A DNA stretch of 64,000 bases, from NCBI GenBank assembly GCA_951406725.2, contig OX597817.1, forward strand, positions 102,796,001-102,860,000. The letters are read 5' to 3'. Below are positions 38,053 through 51,782 of this stretch, piece by piece (position 1 is the first letter of the stretch; each line of letters begins with the position of its first letter). Both the position numbers and the translations under genes were made by a program. Source of the DNA: Octopus vulgaris (taxonomy: Eukaryota). The notes beneath the pieces are model-generated. The model was not told the origin of the DNA, did no database searches, and saw only the letters and a list, made by a program, of their open reading frames with translations.

Positions 38053-38164
38053 ATGCCGGGTTATTTAAGATATATCGAAGTGGAAAATTTTAAATCTTAT
38101 CGTGGCAAACAGTTAATTGGACCGTTTAAAAAGTTTACTGCTATTATCGGACCAAATGGATCAG
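38053..38164 (+). CDS. SMC1A: SMC1 exon 1 ([37 protein letters not shown])
   Basis: ATG at 38053; donor gtacgt; 112 nt, ends in phase 1. Confidence 0.95.
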
Positions 38165-38213
38165 GTACGTCGAACGAAATTTTTAAACGTGTCTCTCGTA
38201 AATATGACCATAT

Positions 38214-38753
38214 TTTCCCGCTTTTCTCTTAAAGATGATTTTGATTATTCCTTCAGTTGATATTCCTATACCTATCAAATTTATGCATTTTATGAGAGAG
38301 AAAATAACTAAATTTTGGATGTACGAAAATCACTATTAATTTCATTGTGTTTGTAAACAATATAAGATCACAAAAATATTGTTTCAGGGCTAAAAATGTA
38401 TATGATTTCCAGTTTGTTCATAATTTACACTGTTTAAAGACAGATTTTATCATCTGTCTTATGTTTTATTATTGTTCGTTTTGCCCCGATGCAAATTCCC
38501 TTGTTAAACGGGAAAACCTTCAATACTTCTCAAATGATAAGAATGTTCTATATATCTCGCTCAAGCAAATTTTTCCCCCTCCAGGTGTTTTGGTTTGAGC
38601 GAATTGTTTTCATATTTTGAGTATTTCTTCTTTTTAGTTTTTGATTAATCATTAATTCTATTTTTTTTTCTTATTTAGTTAAATTATTATTAAATATTTA
38701 GTTTAATTATCTTAGCATTACTGCATATCTGTGTAACGTTTGCAATTTGGCGC
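38214..38753 (+). promoter_or_regulatory. Two E2F consensus sites in SMC1 intron 1 (TTTCCCGC 38214-38221; TTTGGCGC 38746-38753)
   Basis: Exact TTTSSCGC matches near the 5' end of a cell-cycle gene. Confidence 0.4.
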
Positions 38754-40332
38754 TATTTAGTAAATTCACTTAAGCTGTCTATTACGAGTTATCGTTTCGC
38801 TATGATACAATTATGAGGTCAGCCAAGAGAAAAACAACTAGCTTAAAAGTGTAAAATAAAACATTCTAAAATAAATTCGTTTGGTTTATCGACCCGTACC
38901 ATAAACAAATTCTTGTGACAGTTTTAGACATATTTTCGGAGTTAAATAGGGTGGAGGAATACTTGGCATTTAAGTTCATTCGTCCTATTTCCTGATATGA
39001 TTTTACATTAACAATATTTCAATTAAACTACGGCGTTTCTAACTAGAAATACGAAAGTTGAGATCGGGAATCTCCAGCTATTCTTGTTATTCATTCTACT
39101 GAACTTTCGTTGCATCTCTGTTATGTAGATTCTGGAAATTCTAGGACCCTAGTTCGACCTATCGCATCTGATAGAAAAATTAAACGAAACGATTATTTTC
39201 ACACACATTTGGTATTACTTTCTGATTTTGATTTTATTTTTTACATTGATTAAGAATGCTTTTATTTTATTTTTACCATATTTGTTTCTGCCTTCATGAC
39301 GAAATTAAATTTCATTTGTTACCTTGGATCGAAGATATATATAACGCGGAAAATTTCAGCTGCGTAAAGTTTCCTCTTATAAGTTTGTTTACAGGTTCGA
39401 CTTTCAAGTTTAAAAAAATCTGCTACTTGCATATGAAAGACTAAAAAAAATTGATTGTTAGTCTTAATATAATTTCATTTACTAAATTGAAGTAAGAGAA
39501 ATTTTAGTCGTTAAATTCATTAATGTAGTGGCCGGATCAAATATCTCAAAAGTGTAACTCAATCTTTTTTCTGTATGTCCGCCTTTTACCCCTTTTTACC
39601 CTTTCATCATTCCGATCCCCTCCCTACATACAAAAAAAAATGCAGGCTTGTATAATACACAATTTTTTGCATAATATATTAATGCCATATTAGCATTTTT
39701 AAGATCAACATTAAGGAAAATAAAAACAAAGAATAATAATTTTTAAGCGAAAAATAAAATTTCCCTGGTTGAGAATTGCAGTTTTAGAATAAAGTTGTGA
39801 GTTTAAATCCCCAAAGTTGACTGCTTCCTTCCCTCTGACATACATATATTACATACTTACCCATTCTCTGTACAGTGTGTGGCCCTTGATCAAAATAAAT
39901 TATTTACATTTAACATAGTCTTGTTGATGTTATATACCTGTATAGATTGCAAATAGAAATAAATCGGTAATGCAACGCAAATTATTTTGTATATTTATTC
40001 AAGGATTGCGAAGTTTAAAATTTACCTAACACAATTGACAGAAATATCAAAGTCCGTATTCCTTAAGCAGAAGAGTGCGATACGGCATAGCAGATTTTCC
40101 TTCGGTGTGAGAAAAAAAAAAGGGTGTCATGTACCTTAATAAATGTGACGAAATCGCAGTATCGTCGTGACCACTGGGCTTAGTAGCTCTAATTTACATG
40201 TAGTAATACTGGTTAATATAAAGATCTTCACCCGTTTAAGATGCTGCAACTATTTCAGTTCTTATTGAAAACTCGTCTACTTTGTTTTGTTGTTATCAGA
40301 TGTAACCTTTTTAGCTGAATTTGAAAAATTCT

Positions 40333-40346
40333 GTTTTCATGGAAAC
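40333..40346. promoter_or_regulatory. X-box-like site in SMC1 intron 1 (GTTTTCATGGAAAC)
   Basis: One mismatch from the palindrome GTTTCCATGGAAAC; at the edge of the CpG-rich zone. Confidence 0.4.
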
Positions 40347-40819
40347 GTAAGCGATTGAAAAATTGTTTAATATCATTTTGTTTTCAAATAGTAGAAATAA
40401 TATTTTATGTTTAAATATAATTTTTCATGCTCTTATACATAGCGGGAAAGCTAGAATGAAAATAACTTTTGATTTAAAATTGTTTATATATCATCATCTT
40501 ACTTCCGTTTTCCATGCCAACATGGGTTGGATGCTTGAAGAGCCTAGTCGTGCGCCAGTGTCTTGTTTTTGGCGTGTGTTTTACAGTTGAATACTCTTCC
40601 TAACACCAGGTTATGGCCGGGGATAATAGGTTTACTTCCCAACTTTATTGATCCGGGTCCAGTCCCATTGTGTGGAACCATGGGCAAGTGTCTTCTACTA
40701 TACTCCTGGCCCGACCAAAGCCTTGTGAGAGGATTTGGTAAACGAAAACTGAAAGAATTACCAGACCTTGTTGAGATCAGGTCTCTTGGTTTCTGAAACA
40801 AGGCTGCTAATTCTATTGG

Positions 40820-41185
40820 AGTTAACTGCTTTGGAAAGAGATGTTGGAAGAGGTGCAAGAGAAGAGTGGTTTAATACTAGGAGTTAGTGAAGGACTGTCA
40901 CAAGAATGGGTGGTGAACGAGGTGTTTGCCATTGGAGTTTGGCAGTTGAGTGTTTGCATGTTGTACCGTGAGTTAGGCCTATTGGAACCCAGGATATTAC
41001 AGGTATGAGCAGAAGAGCCATTTAATGGTAACTGAGAAAGCATCTAGATGATTCTGGTTGAAAAGAGGTTGGGTCAGTAGAATGCTACTTGGATATATAC
41101 TATACTTGAACCATCTATGTTTGGTTGTCTAGATGAGTGTATGTTGTAAGACCCAAAATGTGCAGTGTTTTGTATATATAAAGGT
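40820..41185 (-). mobile_element. Possible very old retroelement (PLE RT) remnant
   Basis: Weak YIQNTAHF-like and KP-like motifs in shifting frames. Confidence 0.25.
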
Positions 41186-41314
41186 TTTGTGTGTGTGTGG
41201 GCCATCATTTACATTTTAACATCTACTTTTCCATGCTAGCAAGGGTTAGATAGAATTTGTTGGGGCACAATTTCTACAACTGGAGGCCTTTCCTGACTGG
41301 AAATTATGCTCATT

Positions 41315-41525
41315 TACAACTGTTGAGCAATATTAAGACAATGAGACACACACATACATAAGTATATGAGTGGTTTCTTAGTTTTCATCTTCCAAATCCC
41401 CTTTACAGGGCTTTGGTTAGCCCAGGGGTTTAGAACACACCTGCTGGAGGTTGTATGCAGTGGGACTGAGCCTGTAACCGAGTAGTTGGTGAGCAAGCTG
41501 CCCGACCACACACTTATGTTTGCAT
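41315..41525 (-). mobile_element. Second tRNA-derived SINE family
   Basis: Minus strand ggttacaggctcagtcccactgcatac..gccctgtaaggggatttggaagatgaaaactaagaaacc then (TG)n. Relatives at about 640-700, 40600-40760(+), 42210-42320, 43045-43150(-), 61260-61510(+). Confidence 0.65.
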
Positions 41526-41543
41526 CATTTTTTTGTGTGTGTG

Positions 41544-41582
<39 letters not shown>

Positions 41583-44500
41583 GTGTAGGCATAGACCCTC
41601 TTAACTCAACAACACATCTAAAATATGACAGCTGGAGGAAGATAGGGCTGGTTCTCATTTTCAGCTTTGTGAACTACTGTAGGAAATGAAAGACTTGCTT
41701 AAGAATACAACATTTTGCACAGCCCAGGAATCGAACCATGACTTTCACCAGTTGTCCATGCATTTTCATGCATGCACACACATTCAACCTTAGTGTAAAA
41801 CACTATTTTCATTGGGATTGTGTACAGAAACATGCATATAAGCCTTTTGCTTTATATGTTAAAAAAAAATTATGCTGTCAACTCCTGTGATATCACTGAT
41901 ATATCAGCTATGGTAATATGTATCAAATTTAGCTGATTCTTGAAAATTTTTTCCCAGAATTTATTTCCTAGAGAAGAAAATTGAACTTAGTCAGAACATC
42001 CCAAGAAACAGCAGCTTACCATTTATAAATTTATGCTAAATTGGTATAGAGCAAGGCATCAAGGGTTACTTACAATAGTGGCAGCTATCTTTATATTTTG
42101 TTAAGTTAGGAAGATATCTTGCTGCTCACTGTTTGTTTCTTGAGTTTAGAGTATGCTTATAACAAACACAACTGCACTAATTAAAGCAAAGCAAAAGGCA
42201 GAACTATTTGGATGTGCATATAACTGTGGTTAAGAAGTTTCCTTTGTGACCACATTGTCTCAGGCTGCCCAGTACTTTGTGAGTGAAATCTGTTTGACAA
42301 GAACTGTGCTGAAACATCATATATTCATTTTTTTATAGGTTTGGTTGAACAAAGGGGTAGAGCTCAATACATAAATATATGTATGTTATTATTTTTCATT
42401 GACAGAAATTACATTCGAGAGTTTTGTGCATGGTACTTATCAAACTAACTTATGGCAGTCTACTTTTATATAGATGGAATTATGAAAGGAAAGTTAAAAA
42501 AAAAAAGCATGCACATACATGTATTACTACAGATCTATACACAATATATATATGGGTGTATTTGTGTATGTAGTACTATAAAAGTGTATGCTTTTCTTCT
42601 TTCCTTTATATATTGAAGTGTTTAACAGGCAAACCATTTAATATATATATACACTTTTCAGATGATCCTCCAATTTTAATTTTTTCTTGAACAATCCAGA
42701 GATAATTATAATTCAATCTATATAAAAGCAGACTTCCCTATTTGAAGTCAGTTTGATAAGTGCCATTGATGAAACTCTCCTGGCACTTGAGTCACTTTGA
42801 GTCATACTCATTCAACATCCATTTTTCTATACTACTTTGAGCTATTTGTCATCTTATTAGAGGCAGGGTTTTATTGTCAAATATTTTTTCCTGTTGTCAA
42901 CCCTGACCTGTTTTCCAAGTAAAAGATTTTTACACTCTACAAGTCTTTCAAAGCATAGAGTGGCCAGTTATAATGTCAACAGAAATATCAACATCAGCAC
43001 CATTTTACTCTTCACACTAATAAAATATCAACATACATGCATGTATATACAACAGGCTTAATATAGTTTCTGTCTACCAAATTCACTCACAAAACATTAG
43101 TCAACTCAGGCCAGATACTGCTCAGTGGGGCTGAAATTGAAACCATATGTAATGTGTTTGTGGATACCAGTGTAAATCAATGTGTTAAAAAGATGTTACT
43201 TGTTATGGAGATAAAACTTACTCATTGATTAAAATGAGTTCTTGCTGAGGTCAGTATAATTGAAAGTGGTATCCTGTTATGACAGGAAGCCAATAAAAGA
43301 ATAGTCAACTCCTCAGACTAAGTACATAGACTGTAAGGTCTATAATAACTGGCCTAAGGGCTTCAAGAAATGAACAATAAATAAACCTGCCTCAACCAAG
43401 AGCAAGCTAAGTTTGCTTGCCTGGCAACATGAGTCTTATTTGGAAATATCAGACTTCACGTGCTTCTGGTTAGGAAAGCTATTAGAAAAACTGGAATAAT
43501 TGTAAAGATCCAGTTTCATAGCATAGAAGGACTCTCCTAGGGTTAAATTCTAAACTGTACTTATGCAATTTGTAAAATCTCTCAGTAGGAGCTATTGTTC
43601 ACTTTTGGCAGTTTGAATGAGAAAGGATGATAACCATCTTGAGTTCTGCAGTCAGCATAACATTTTAGCATTTTTGTTTTTTTGTCTTCACTCTGCAGCA
43701 CTAATGCAGAATGTAATCTCTTAAATATAGCAAGATAAGCATATCCTATTGAGATTTTAAAATATAAAGACATCAAGGAAGTAACATTAATCAACAAGAA
43801 ATAGAAAGGTGCTTTGTCTGAACCACTTAAAGACATATTTCAACAGGTGAACACCATCTATAATGCTGTGTGATTATTTCCATTTTTTTTTTTTTCTTTT
43901 CTGCTGCTTTCATGGATTCTCATGACTCTGTCCCTATCCTATTCCATTATTCTGAATTTGAATTGGAAGCTTGAGTCATAGCGAATCCTTCATTATCTGA
44001 TTACATAACCATGGATGCCACGTCAACGGATGTGTTGCAGTCACTCTCTTGATACAGCTTGGTGATCTTAGTATTCGTCCACTCAGCATCAATGTAAGAA
44101 GCACCATTGGCTTGAGTTCTTGCGCTACCTCTTACCAATCAGTCATGCTGCAGTCCCCTGACATCACTATATCCCCAGCAGTTTGGCTGGATGGGTACTG
44201 TGCCTTGCCAAAGAGTAGCCAGTAACTATATGGGGCATGGTTGTCACTCTGTGAGTTATTTTCAAAGTACCTATATTTCCAAATAAAGATATGCTAAATC
44301 AACAGACTGATTCACAGCCCATATTGGCTGGTTAATCTTTTATATGTGAAAAGAACTTAGAAGTACACAAGGTAAACTCTGTTGCGTTTATTCAAATTTG
44401 AATCAGTGCTACTGTAAGCAACATTAAGATAACATATGAGAAGCACCCTCCTTGAAATCATCTTCTTGGGAGTCCAAAAAGGATCATGCTAAAGAAATGG

Positions 44501-46091
44501 TTCAGTGAACCCAAGGAAGACATTGAATAAAGTGGTGACTGCTTACCAAAGAACATCTGGATAGGCAACCAGTTACAAAGGAACCAAGAAAAATTTCAAA
44601 TATGCATTTTTTTTTTCTTTTTAGTTTAATCAGAAGGAAGTTGGTGTGCATTTGGCCTTCACAAGTCCTCTAGTGACTTGTAAAATTGATATAGATTATT
44701 TTCAATTTTGACACCTGCAGGTAAAAAGTGAGGAAATGAGAATTTCAGATTTCTGCCAATCTATACAGAAAGGGATCGACATAATGGTTAGTGCTTACTT
44801 AGAGTGCAGTAAAAGCAAAAAAAAATATCAGTAGCACAGACTGCATGTCTGTGGTGTAGTGGTTGAAATGTGTAGATGAGTGAGTTATTGCTGATCAACC
44901 AGATGGCTTTCTTTTGGATGCTAAGCAGTGGCATCAGCCTCCCAAATGTTGAAGCAGTATTCTATTGTGAGTCTCCTTTAAGCTTTGTAGAGAGTCATGT
45001 GTTTTAATGAGTCTAGAGATAAACAAATGAAGTAATATTCATCATAATACATCAGCACACCATTTGACCTTCAGCATCATAAAGCAGTTTTTTCAAAATC
45101 ACAATATGTACCACCTTTTTTTCTTTCAGTGTAGGAAGTTTCAGATAATAAATGGGACTGTTTATTGGTTTTACATTTAACATTTGTAGTGGAAATTGAC
45201 CATAGCCTTTTGATTTCTATTTTGCATATGTTTTCTGGTATTTCTCGTGTCAAAGAAACAGTAAAACTCTAGATTTGATCCACTAGGCGCATTAATTCAG
45301 CTGTATTATTTAGTCCTTATCAGTCCTAATACAAATATAATGGATCAGATTATGAATGAATTTACATTTATCAATACCTTTAATTCCAAGCTGGAAACAA
45401 TGTGTTCATGAGATGAACAATTTCAGAAATTACTCTTGAAATTCCAAGAAAGAAACTTCTTACTCTGTATAAAGGCCACTTCTCCCTCAAATCACCCTCC
45501 TGTCTTGAAAAGCAAAAAAAAAAATAAATAAATAAAAGTGAACATTTTGGTTAATGTAGTTCTAAATAAATCCAACAATATAATGTGATCTTGGCTGATA
45601 TTACCAGATCTGTGGTTAAGCAGGAGAAAAGTTACTTGCCAAACTGATAAATTGACTTCACAACATTCACACAGTGACTATACTCTCAACATGCATTGTG
45701 TGAGGTCCATCCTTGGAAGTCTTGGAGAGCCTGAATCCCATATCTCATTGCTTCAGAAAACATCAAAACACTACCACTGTTATGATTTGAGTGGTCTTAC
45801 AAAGAAATAGGTCTATGTTAAAGAATCTCTGCTGAGAATTATCAGGAAGACAGTGATGAGGAACTTCAGTTATGCTATAAAGATATCTGCAAGTGACTTA
45901 AATACTTAGATGTCTTGAAATGTGTCATATACATAGAAGACGTATAGATTATCAGAAAGTTTACATGGTTGGGAGAGAAGTAGAAACTGCTGACAAATAA
46001 CTTTGTCTAATTGACTGGTTATTTGTAGAATAAACAACTGTTTTGGTTCATCAGATGCCTTATTTTCTTTTAAAGAAAATGCTAAAACTAA

Positions 46092-46268
<177 letters not shown>

Positions 46269-47566
46269 TAAAGATAATTATATAAATTGAAATATATACA
46301 AAAGCTCCAAAAATAATATAAACAATTACAAATTACTGGCTCTGAACCATCTGTTATGAATCACTCTGTTGATGGTCTCAGTAACCATCACAGCTCAGCT
46401 AAGACAAACCTGGGCAACAATCTGTGGAAGCTTTTTCTATTCAACTAGTTTAAAACTGTTGGCTTTCTTGCTCAAGTGTTTAATGTTCTTTTGTAAAATT
46501 TTGGATTATATTGGTTAAAGGAAAACAAAAGTTATTTTCCATATTTCCTTATAATAAATCTGTGTCATTTGTTTCTTAATAACATTGTTTTTGTTTTGAC
46601 AAGCTTTTACTATTTGACTATCAAAATTTTTCTTTAACTTTTGAAAGAATTTAGAAGTTATAAATCCCTTCAAATGTATATTTGTTATTCAAAAACATCA
46701 CTATAACTCCAAGTTGTACACTCTCTCCATTTTTACATTATCTTGCATCAACAAATTTTCAGTTTGTTTCCCACATAACTCTCCTTCTCATCATCATAAT
46801 TTACATGTCCATTTTTCCATGCTGGCATGTTAAAATGAACTTTTTATAGCTGGATGCTCTTGTCACCAACCTTGTTTTCTAAGTAAGATTTTTTTTATTA
46901 CTCTTATCCTTACATGTTGAAAGTAATAACGCCACTAATACTATAAGGACTTGTTTACTGAAGAATGAAAACAAAGATGCTATTTTTCATTTAGATTGTT
47001 TAATGAAAACTTACAGAACAAAATATATGTATGATGTGCTTCACAGTTTCTATCTACCAATTCCACTCTAAAGGCATTGGTCAGTCCAAGGTGCAATGGA
47101 ATGAGACAAAAACTTAAAATCATATGGTCATGTTGCAAGCATGGCTATGCTTGTGTTTTTTTAATAAAAATTGCGACTGAAATTGATATGAAAATCGAAG
47201 CCTTTGCATGTTTACTCCACCTGTTAGAATGGAAACCAAATACTCTTCACCCCACCCTTCTATCTTGAAAATGAAGGACACATTGTATAATATACTTCAA
47301 GATACACTATCTGGAAAATTTTTAAAATGGAAAGGTCACAGCTGAAATATCTTCTGTTGTAGTTACTCTTTACATTTGATAGTTGTCTGTTGATCCATCA
47401 ATAAACAGAAAGAAACTCAAGAGCAATTGTTATATATTTATATAAGGAAATCTGGTGTTTACATTTTAGAAGCTTGAAATGATTTGATGGAATGATGGAA
47501 GTTGGAGTTATGATTAAAATACTGTTAGGTTTCTTGAACATAAAATATTTTTCAATAATTAAAGCA

Positions 47567-47856
47567 CCGTCCGTTCGTGGCCGTTTGCCAGCTCTGTCTG
47601 GCCCCGTGCCGGTGACACGTAAAAGCACCATCCGTTCGTGGCCGTTTGCCGGCTCTGTCTGGCACCTGTGCAGGTGGCATGTAAAAAAACACCCACTACA
47701 CTTGCGGAGTGGTTGGCGTTAGGAAGGGCATCCAGCCGTAGAAACACTGCCAGATCTGACTGGGCCTGACGAAGCCTTCCAGCTTCACAGACCCCAGTTG
47801 ACCCATCCAACCCATGCTAGCATGGAAAGCGGACGCTAAATGATGATGATGATGAT
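47567..47856 (+). mobile_element. Young RTE 3'-end insertion with 12-bp TSD
   Basis: TSD ataattaaagca / atagttaaagca (47555-66, 47855-66); internal ~62-bp tandem repeat; CpG-rich; (GAT)n tail. Confidence 0.85.
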
Positions 47857-47861
47857 AGTTA

Positions 47862-48075
47862 AAGCAGCAAGCTGGCAGAATCATTAGCATGTCAGGGGGA
47901 AATGCTTAATGGCATTTTATCTGTTGTTACATTCCGAGTTCAGATTCCACTGAGGTTGACTTTGCCTTACACCCTTTCGGGGTCAATAAAATAAGTACCA
48001 GTTGAGCACAGGGATTGTTGTAATCAACATTTCCCCATCCCCAAAATTGCTGGCCTTGTGCCAAAATTTGAACTC
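47862..48075 (+). mobile_element. tRNA-derived SINE with Meta/MESC-like core
   Basis: gctggcagaatcattag A-box, gagttcagattcc B-box, core gactttgccttacaccctttcggggtcaataaaataagtaccag. Related copies at about 8525-8650(+), 12538-12650(+), 13630-13830(-), 27285-27478(-), 36395-36530(-), 49000-49160(+). Confidence 0.8.
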
Positions 48076-49285
48076 AGTAGTTAGATAAATTAATTAATAA
48101 ATAAACTCCATTCCAATCTATACTAAAGCAATGTGTTAAACTGTCTTGACAGAAGCTGTAGGAAATCTGTTGGACTGTACTTGTTTTTGACTGATAGATC
48201 TAATCTGTCAGTTGGTTTAACATCACTACCCAGTCTTTGGTAGCTTTCAGTAAAGCTCACTCTGTTGTAAACATTCAGACTAGGTCTGAGATAACATGAT
48301 ATTTTGATACATTGCTCTGTGCAACATTTTCCTCTGGAAGTTAATCAATGATAATAGACAGTGCACTTATGTTTCTGATTAAGTTATGGAAATTAGAACA
48401 GCAAATCAAATATGAAAATTCTCAGTGGCATTTCAGGATAGTTAAAAGTATCAGTTTAAACTTAAAAGCTAAAGGAAAAAGTTTGAAAGCGCTGTACCTT
48501 TTTCCTTTTTCCTGTATATTGTGATTTAACTTGAAATAGTTAACTGGAAACAAACTAATAAACATTATCAGTATCATTTAACATCCATTTTCCATGCGGG
48601 CATGGGTTGAACAGTTTGACAGGAGCTGTCAAGCCAGAGGACTGCACCCAGCTTCACTGTCTCTTTTGGCATGATTTTTACAGCTGGATGCGCATCCTAA
48701 TGCCAACCATGTTACAGAGTGAACTGGGTACTTTTTACTTGGCACCAACACTGGCAAGATCTGTTTTAGCATGGATTTTATGGCTGGATGCCCTTCCAAA
48801 TGCCAACTACATTACAGGTTGAGCCTCTTAGGATACTAATTATTTTCAATGGTGATTGTTTTGCCACAGCTTTGTTACCTTATCTTTTCTTCTCATGATA
48901 TTGGTGAATAAGAGGGACTGTATTTATAATTTTTCTCAAATTGTTATCAGTTGAGTGTAGGGATAACTTTGTGAGATTAATATTCATTTTGGATTGTTTC
49001 ATCCGTCTTTGTTATGAGTTCAAATGCTGCCAAGATTGACTTTGCCATTCATCCTTTTGGGGTCAATAAAATGAGAACCAGTTGATCACTGGGGTTGATT
49101 TAATCAATTTATTCCCTTCCCTGAAATAGCTGGCCTTGTGACAAAATTTGAAACCAGTATTCATTTTGGATTGCAACAGGTTGATAATTTAGGCTGACAT
49201 TCAGTTCTAGAGAAGAATGAATATATTTAATAGACTATTTGTGAGACAATTAAACATAGTGAAAATAAGTATTGTTGTCTGTTAA

Positions 49286-49506
49286 CCCTTTCGTTACTGT
49301 ATTTATTTTGAGATGCTCTGTGTTTTTTTCAATTACTTTAAATATAACAAAGAATTTAGTAAAATAACTTAGTTACCGTTAAGCTAGTGTTAGGAACATA
49401 AATTGTGACTAAGGTTTGGTGGAAGATTTTAATTCAAAACTTATGAAAACAAGACATTTGTACTACAGAGCCAGAGCCGGTTTCAGCCGGGTTGGTAACG
49501 AAAGGG
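49286..49506 (-). mobile_element. piggyBac-type MITE (221 bp), inverted relative to the 30462 copy
   Basis: TTAA on both sides; perfect CCCTTTCGTTAC / GTAACGAAAGGG TIRs; near-identical to the reverse complement of 30462-30682. Confidence 0.93.
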
Positions 49507-49889
49507 TTAATGATTTACAGCCTCTAAATTCGTAGAAGTGAAAGTTATTGTAGTAGTAGTAGAACAGACAGCTTAACAGTGGACACTTTCTGGGAAAATA
49601 AACAAAGACTTGTAGAAGATTAGACAAGATTGTAGCTGGTGACGTGTAAAAAGAAATTGTGATGTGAAATAATAGTTATCTGTTTATAAAAAAAAAGGTT
49701 CTGGAATACTTTTGATTTGATAGGCATATAGTCAAAGGAAGCCTAACAATATATGATGTGATGGAATGACCCGTATGTCTGTCACATATATTTCCTTCTT
49801 ATACGTTTCTTTCTTTAATAGCAAGGTCTATAATTTATATTTCATCACCATTGAGTAAGCAGTGAATAATATGCACTATAAAGTTATTC

Positions 49890-50105
49890 TTTTCTACTCA
49901 AGGCACAAGACCTGAAATTTTAGTGGGTGCAGGGCCAGTCGATTAGATCGACCCCAGTGTTTCACTGGTACTTAATTTATTGACCCCAAAAGGATGAAAA
50001 GCAAAGTCAACCTCAGCGGAATTTGAACTCAGAACATAAAGACAAATGAAATACCGCTAAGTATTTCACCTGGTGTGCTAACATTTCTACCAGCTCGCCA
50101 CCTTT
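49890..50105 (-). mobile_element. tRNA-derived SINE, full-length copy of the same family
   Basis: Reverse complement shows the aaggtggcgagctggtagaa head, the gagttcaaattccgc B-box and the same core. Confidence 0.82.
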
Positions 50106-50284
50106 TCACAATAAAGTTATTGTGAGGTAGAACTGTGGTTCAGATAAAGTATGTATAGAAAACATGTTAATCACTCAGCATGATATACATACTTGTATTT
50201 ACTTGCTTATACAAGCATTTGGTCTCCTTGCTTAATAAATTTGTGGTCATTAGATTTTATTGTCTTTTATTTCTAATTTTGTAG

Positions 50285-50431
50285 GATCTTATTCACGGTG
50301 CCCCCATTGGTAAGCCTGCCTCCAACAAAGCTTCAGTTACTGCAGTTTATGCTGACAGTGACACTGGTAAAGACACCAGGTTTACCAGGATTATCCATGG
50401 TTCATCTTCAGATCACAAAATTAATGGAAAG
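50285..50431 (+). CDS. SMC1A: SMC1 exon 3 (DLIHGAPIGKP...DHKINGK)
   Basis: tttgtag acceptor, gtaagt donor; 147 nt. Confidence 0.93.
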
Positions 50432-50731
50432 GTAAGTGATGTGTTCTAATACAATGTTTTGCTGGCTTTACATCTTACATATATTTACTACTAGAAGAGC
50501 AAGAAGTGGGAGAAATACTAGTTAATGGATTTCACACTATCATTGATCAGTAAGAAGGTATTACTTTACGTCAAGTGAATTTATTATTTATCATGAGAAA
50601 TATAACAGATTGTTAACTTCTCAGCAAATGTTTCAAAGGTTGTTAATGAAAAAAATATACTAATTGGTTTACAGTTTCCCACTAGGTGTATTCATAATCT
50701 GTGATTGGGCTTTTATTTTCCATTACATTAA

Positions 50732-50958
50732 CCCTTTAGTATTTAAACCTGCTGTATTCTACTAAATATTCTACCTATTTTAGGTACAAACTGGCTAGAT
50801 CCAGCCTCTCACACCTACAAACATACCATATAATGTCATTCTAGAAATATACAATCACATTATTGGCATCTTGAAACCAAGAGATAATACATGATTAATT
50901 CAAAACAATGTGAATAAATAAGCATTACATTTGACAAAGTAATCTGAATGCTGAAGAG
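50732..50958. mobile_element. Different TTAA-flanked MITE
   Basis: ttaa-CCCTTTAGTATTT...GAATGCTGAAGAG-ttaa imperfect TIRs; 227 bp. Confidence 0.7.
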
Positions 50959-51661
50959 TTAAACATAGATTAGGAGGCAAAAATATAATGATTATCATTA
51001 TCAAAAGTGCCCACTTTTAGCATAATAACTCAGTAGGAAGAGAAATCATTGCACAGCTTTATAAAAACATTGGTCCAAATTAAAATTAAAGAGTACTGAA
51101 GGAAGAATTACACTAATAGGATTGTTAGGAAAATTTGAATCAATACATTACCTGAAGAACTGCATTATAACTCTCTCAATCCTAAACTACCCATCATACC
51201 TGAAATTTTCTTTATTAATGTCTTTAGATTTAAGAATAATAAATCAAAATTTCAGCTTATAAACATTTGTCTTTCATTAGGTTTCTCACACAAAATAAAT
51301 TGCAAAAGAAAAATAAATTTTACTAAATCCTTCAAAACAATTATTTTGAAAAAAAAAAATCCAATTGAAACACTAAGGTTATCCCCCAAATTATTTAATA
51401 ACCTCTTGGCTGTGGAATTAAAATACAGTTGACATAACATGATATACAAAAGCAGCTTGACAGGGGGGGAAAATGGATATTGATTATTTTGTTTTGAGGT
51501 GACTAGGGTGTACATTGCTAAAATTTGAAACTGAGCTGCTTATAATTCAAAGCATATATTCCCATATCTACTTAAGAGAAAATATTACATTATTTACACA
51601 TTCTATATTTAAGAGATGAGGAATTATGACAGATCGACAGATATTTGTCCTCATCTTGTTT

Positions 51662-51710
51662 GTTGTTAACGTTTCGGCTGATATATTCTCTAGCTTTCTT
51701 CAGGTGTCTT
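51662..51710 (-). ncRNA. Degenerate minimal hammerhead in the PLE 3' region
   Basis: Minus strand gacac-CTGAAGA-AAGCTAgagaatatatCAGCC-GAAACGTT. The sister copy (27708-27750) keeps the stem-I partner GTGTT but has lost CTGANGA. Confidence 0.55.
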
Positions 51711-51782
51711 GGGGAAATTTCAAACCTGGGTTCTCATTCCTAAGGTGTTTTTCGATGTTGTTGTTGTTATTATTATTGTTCA

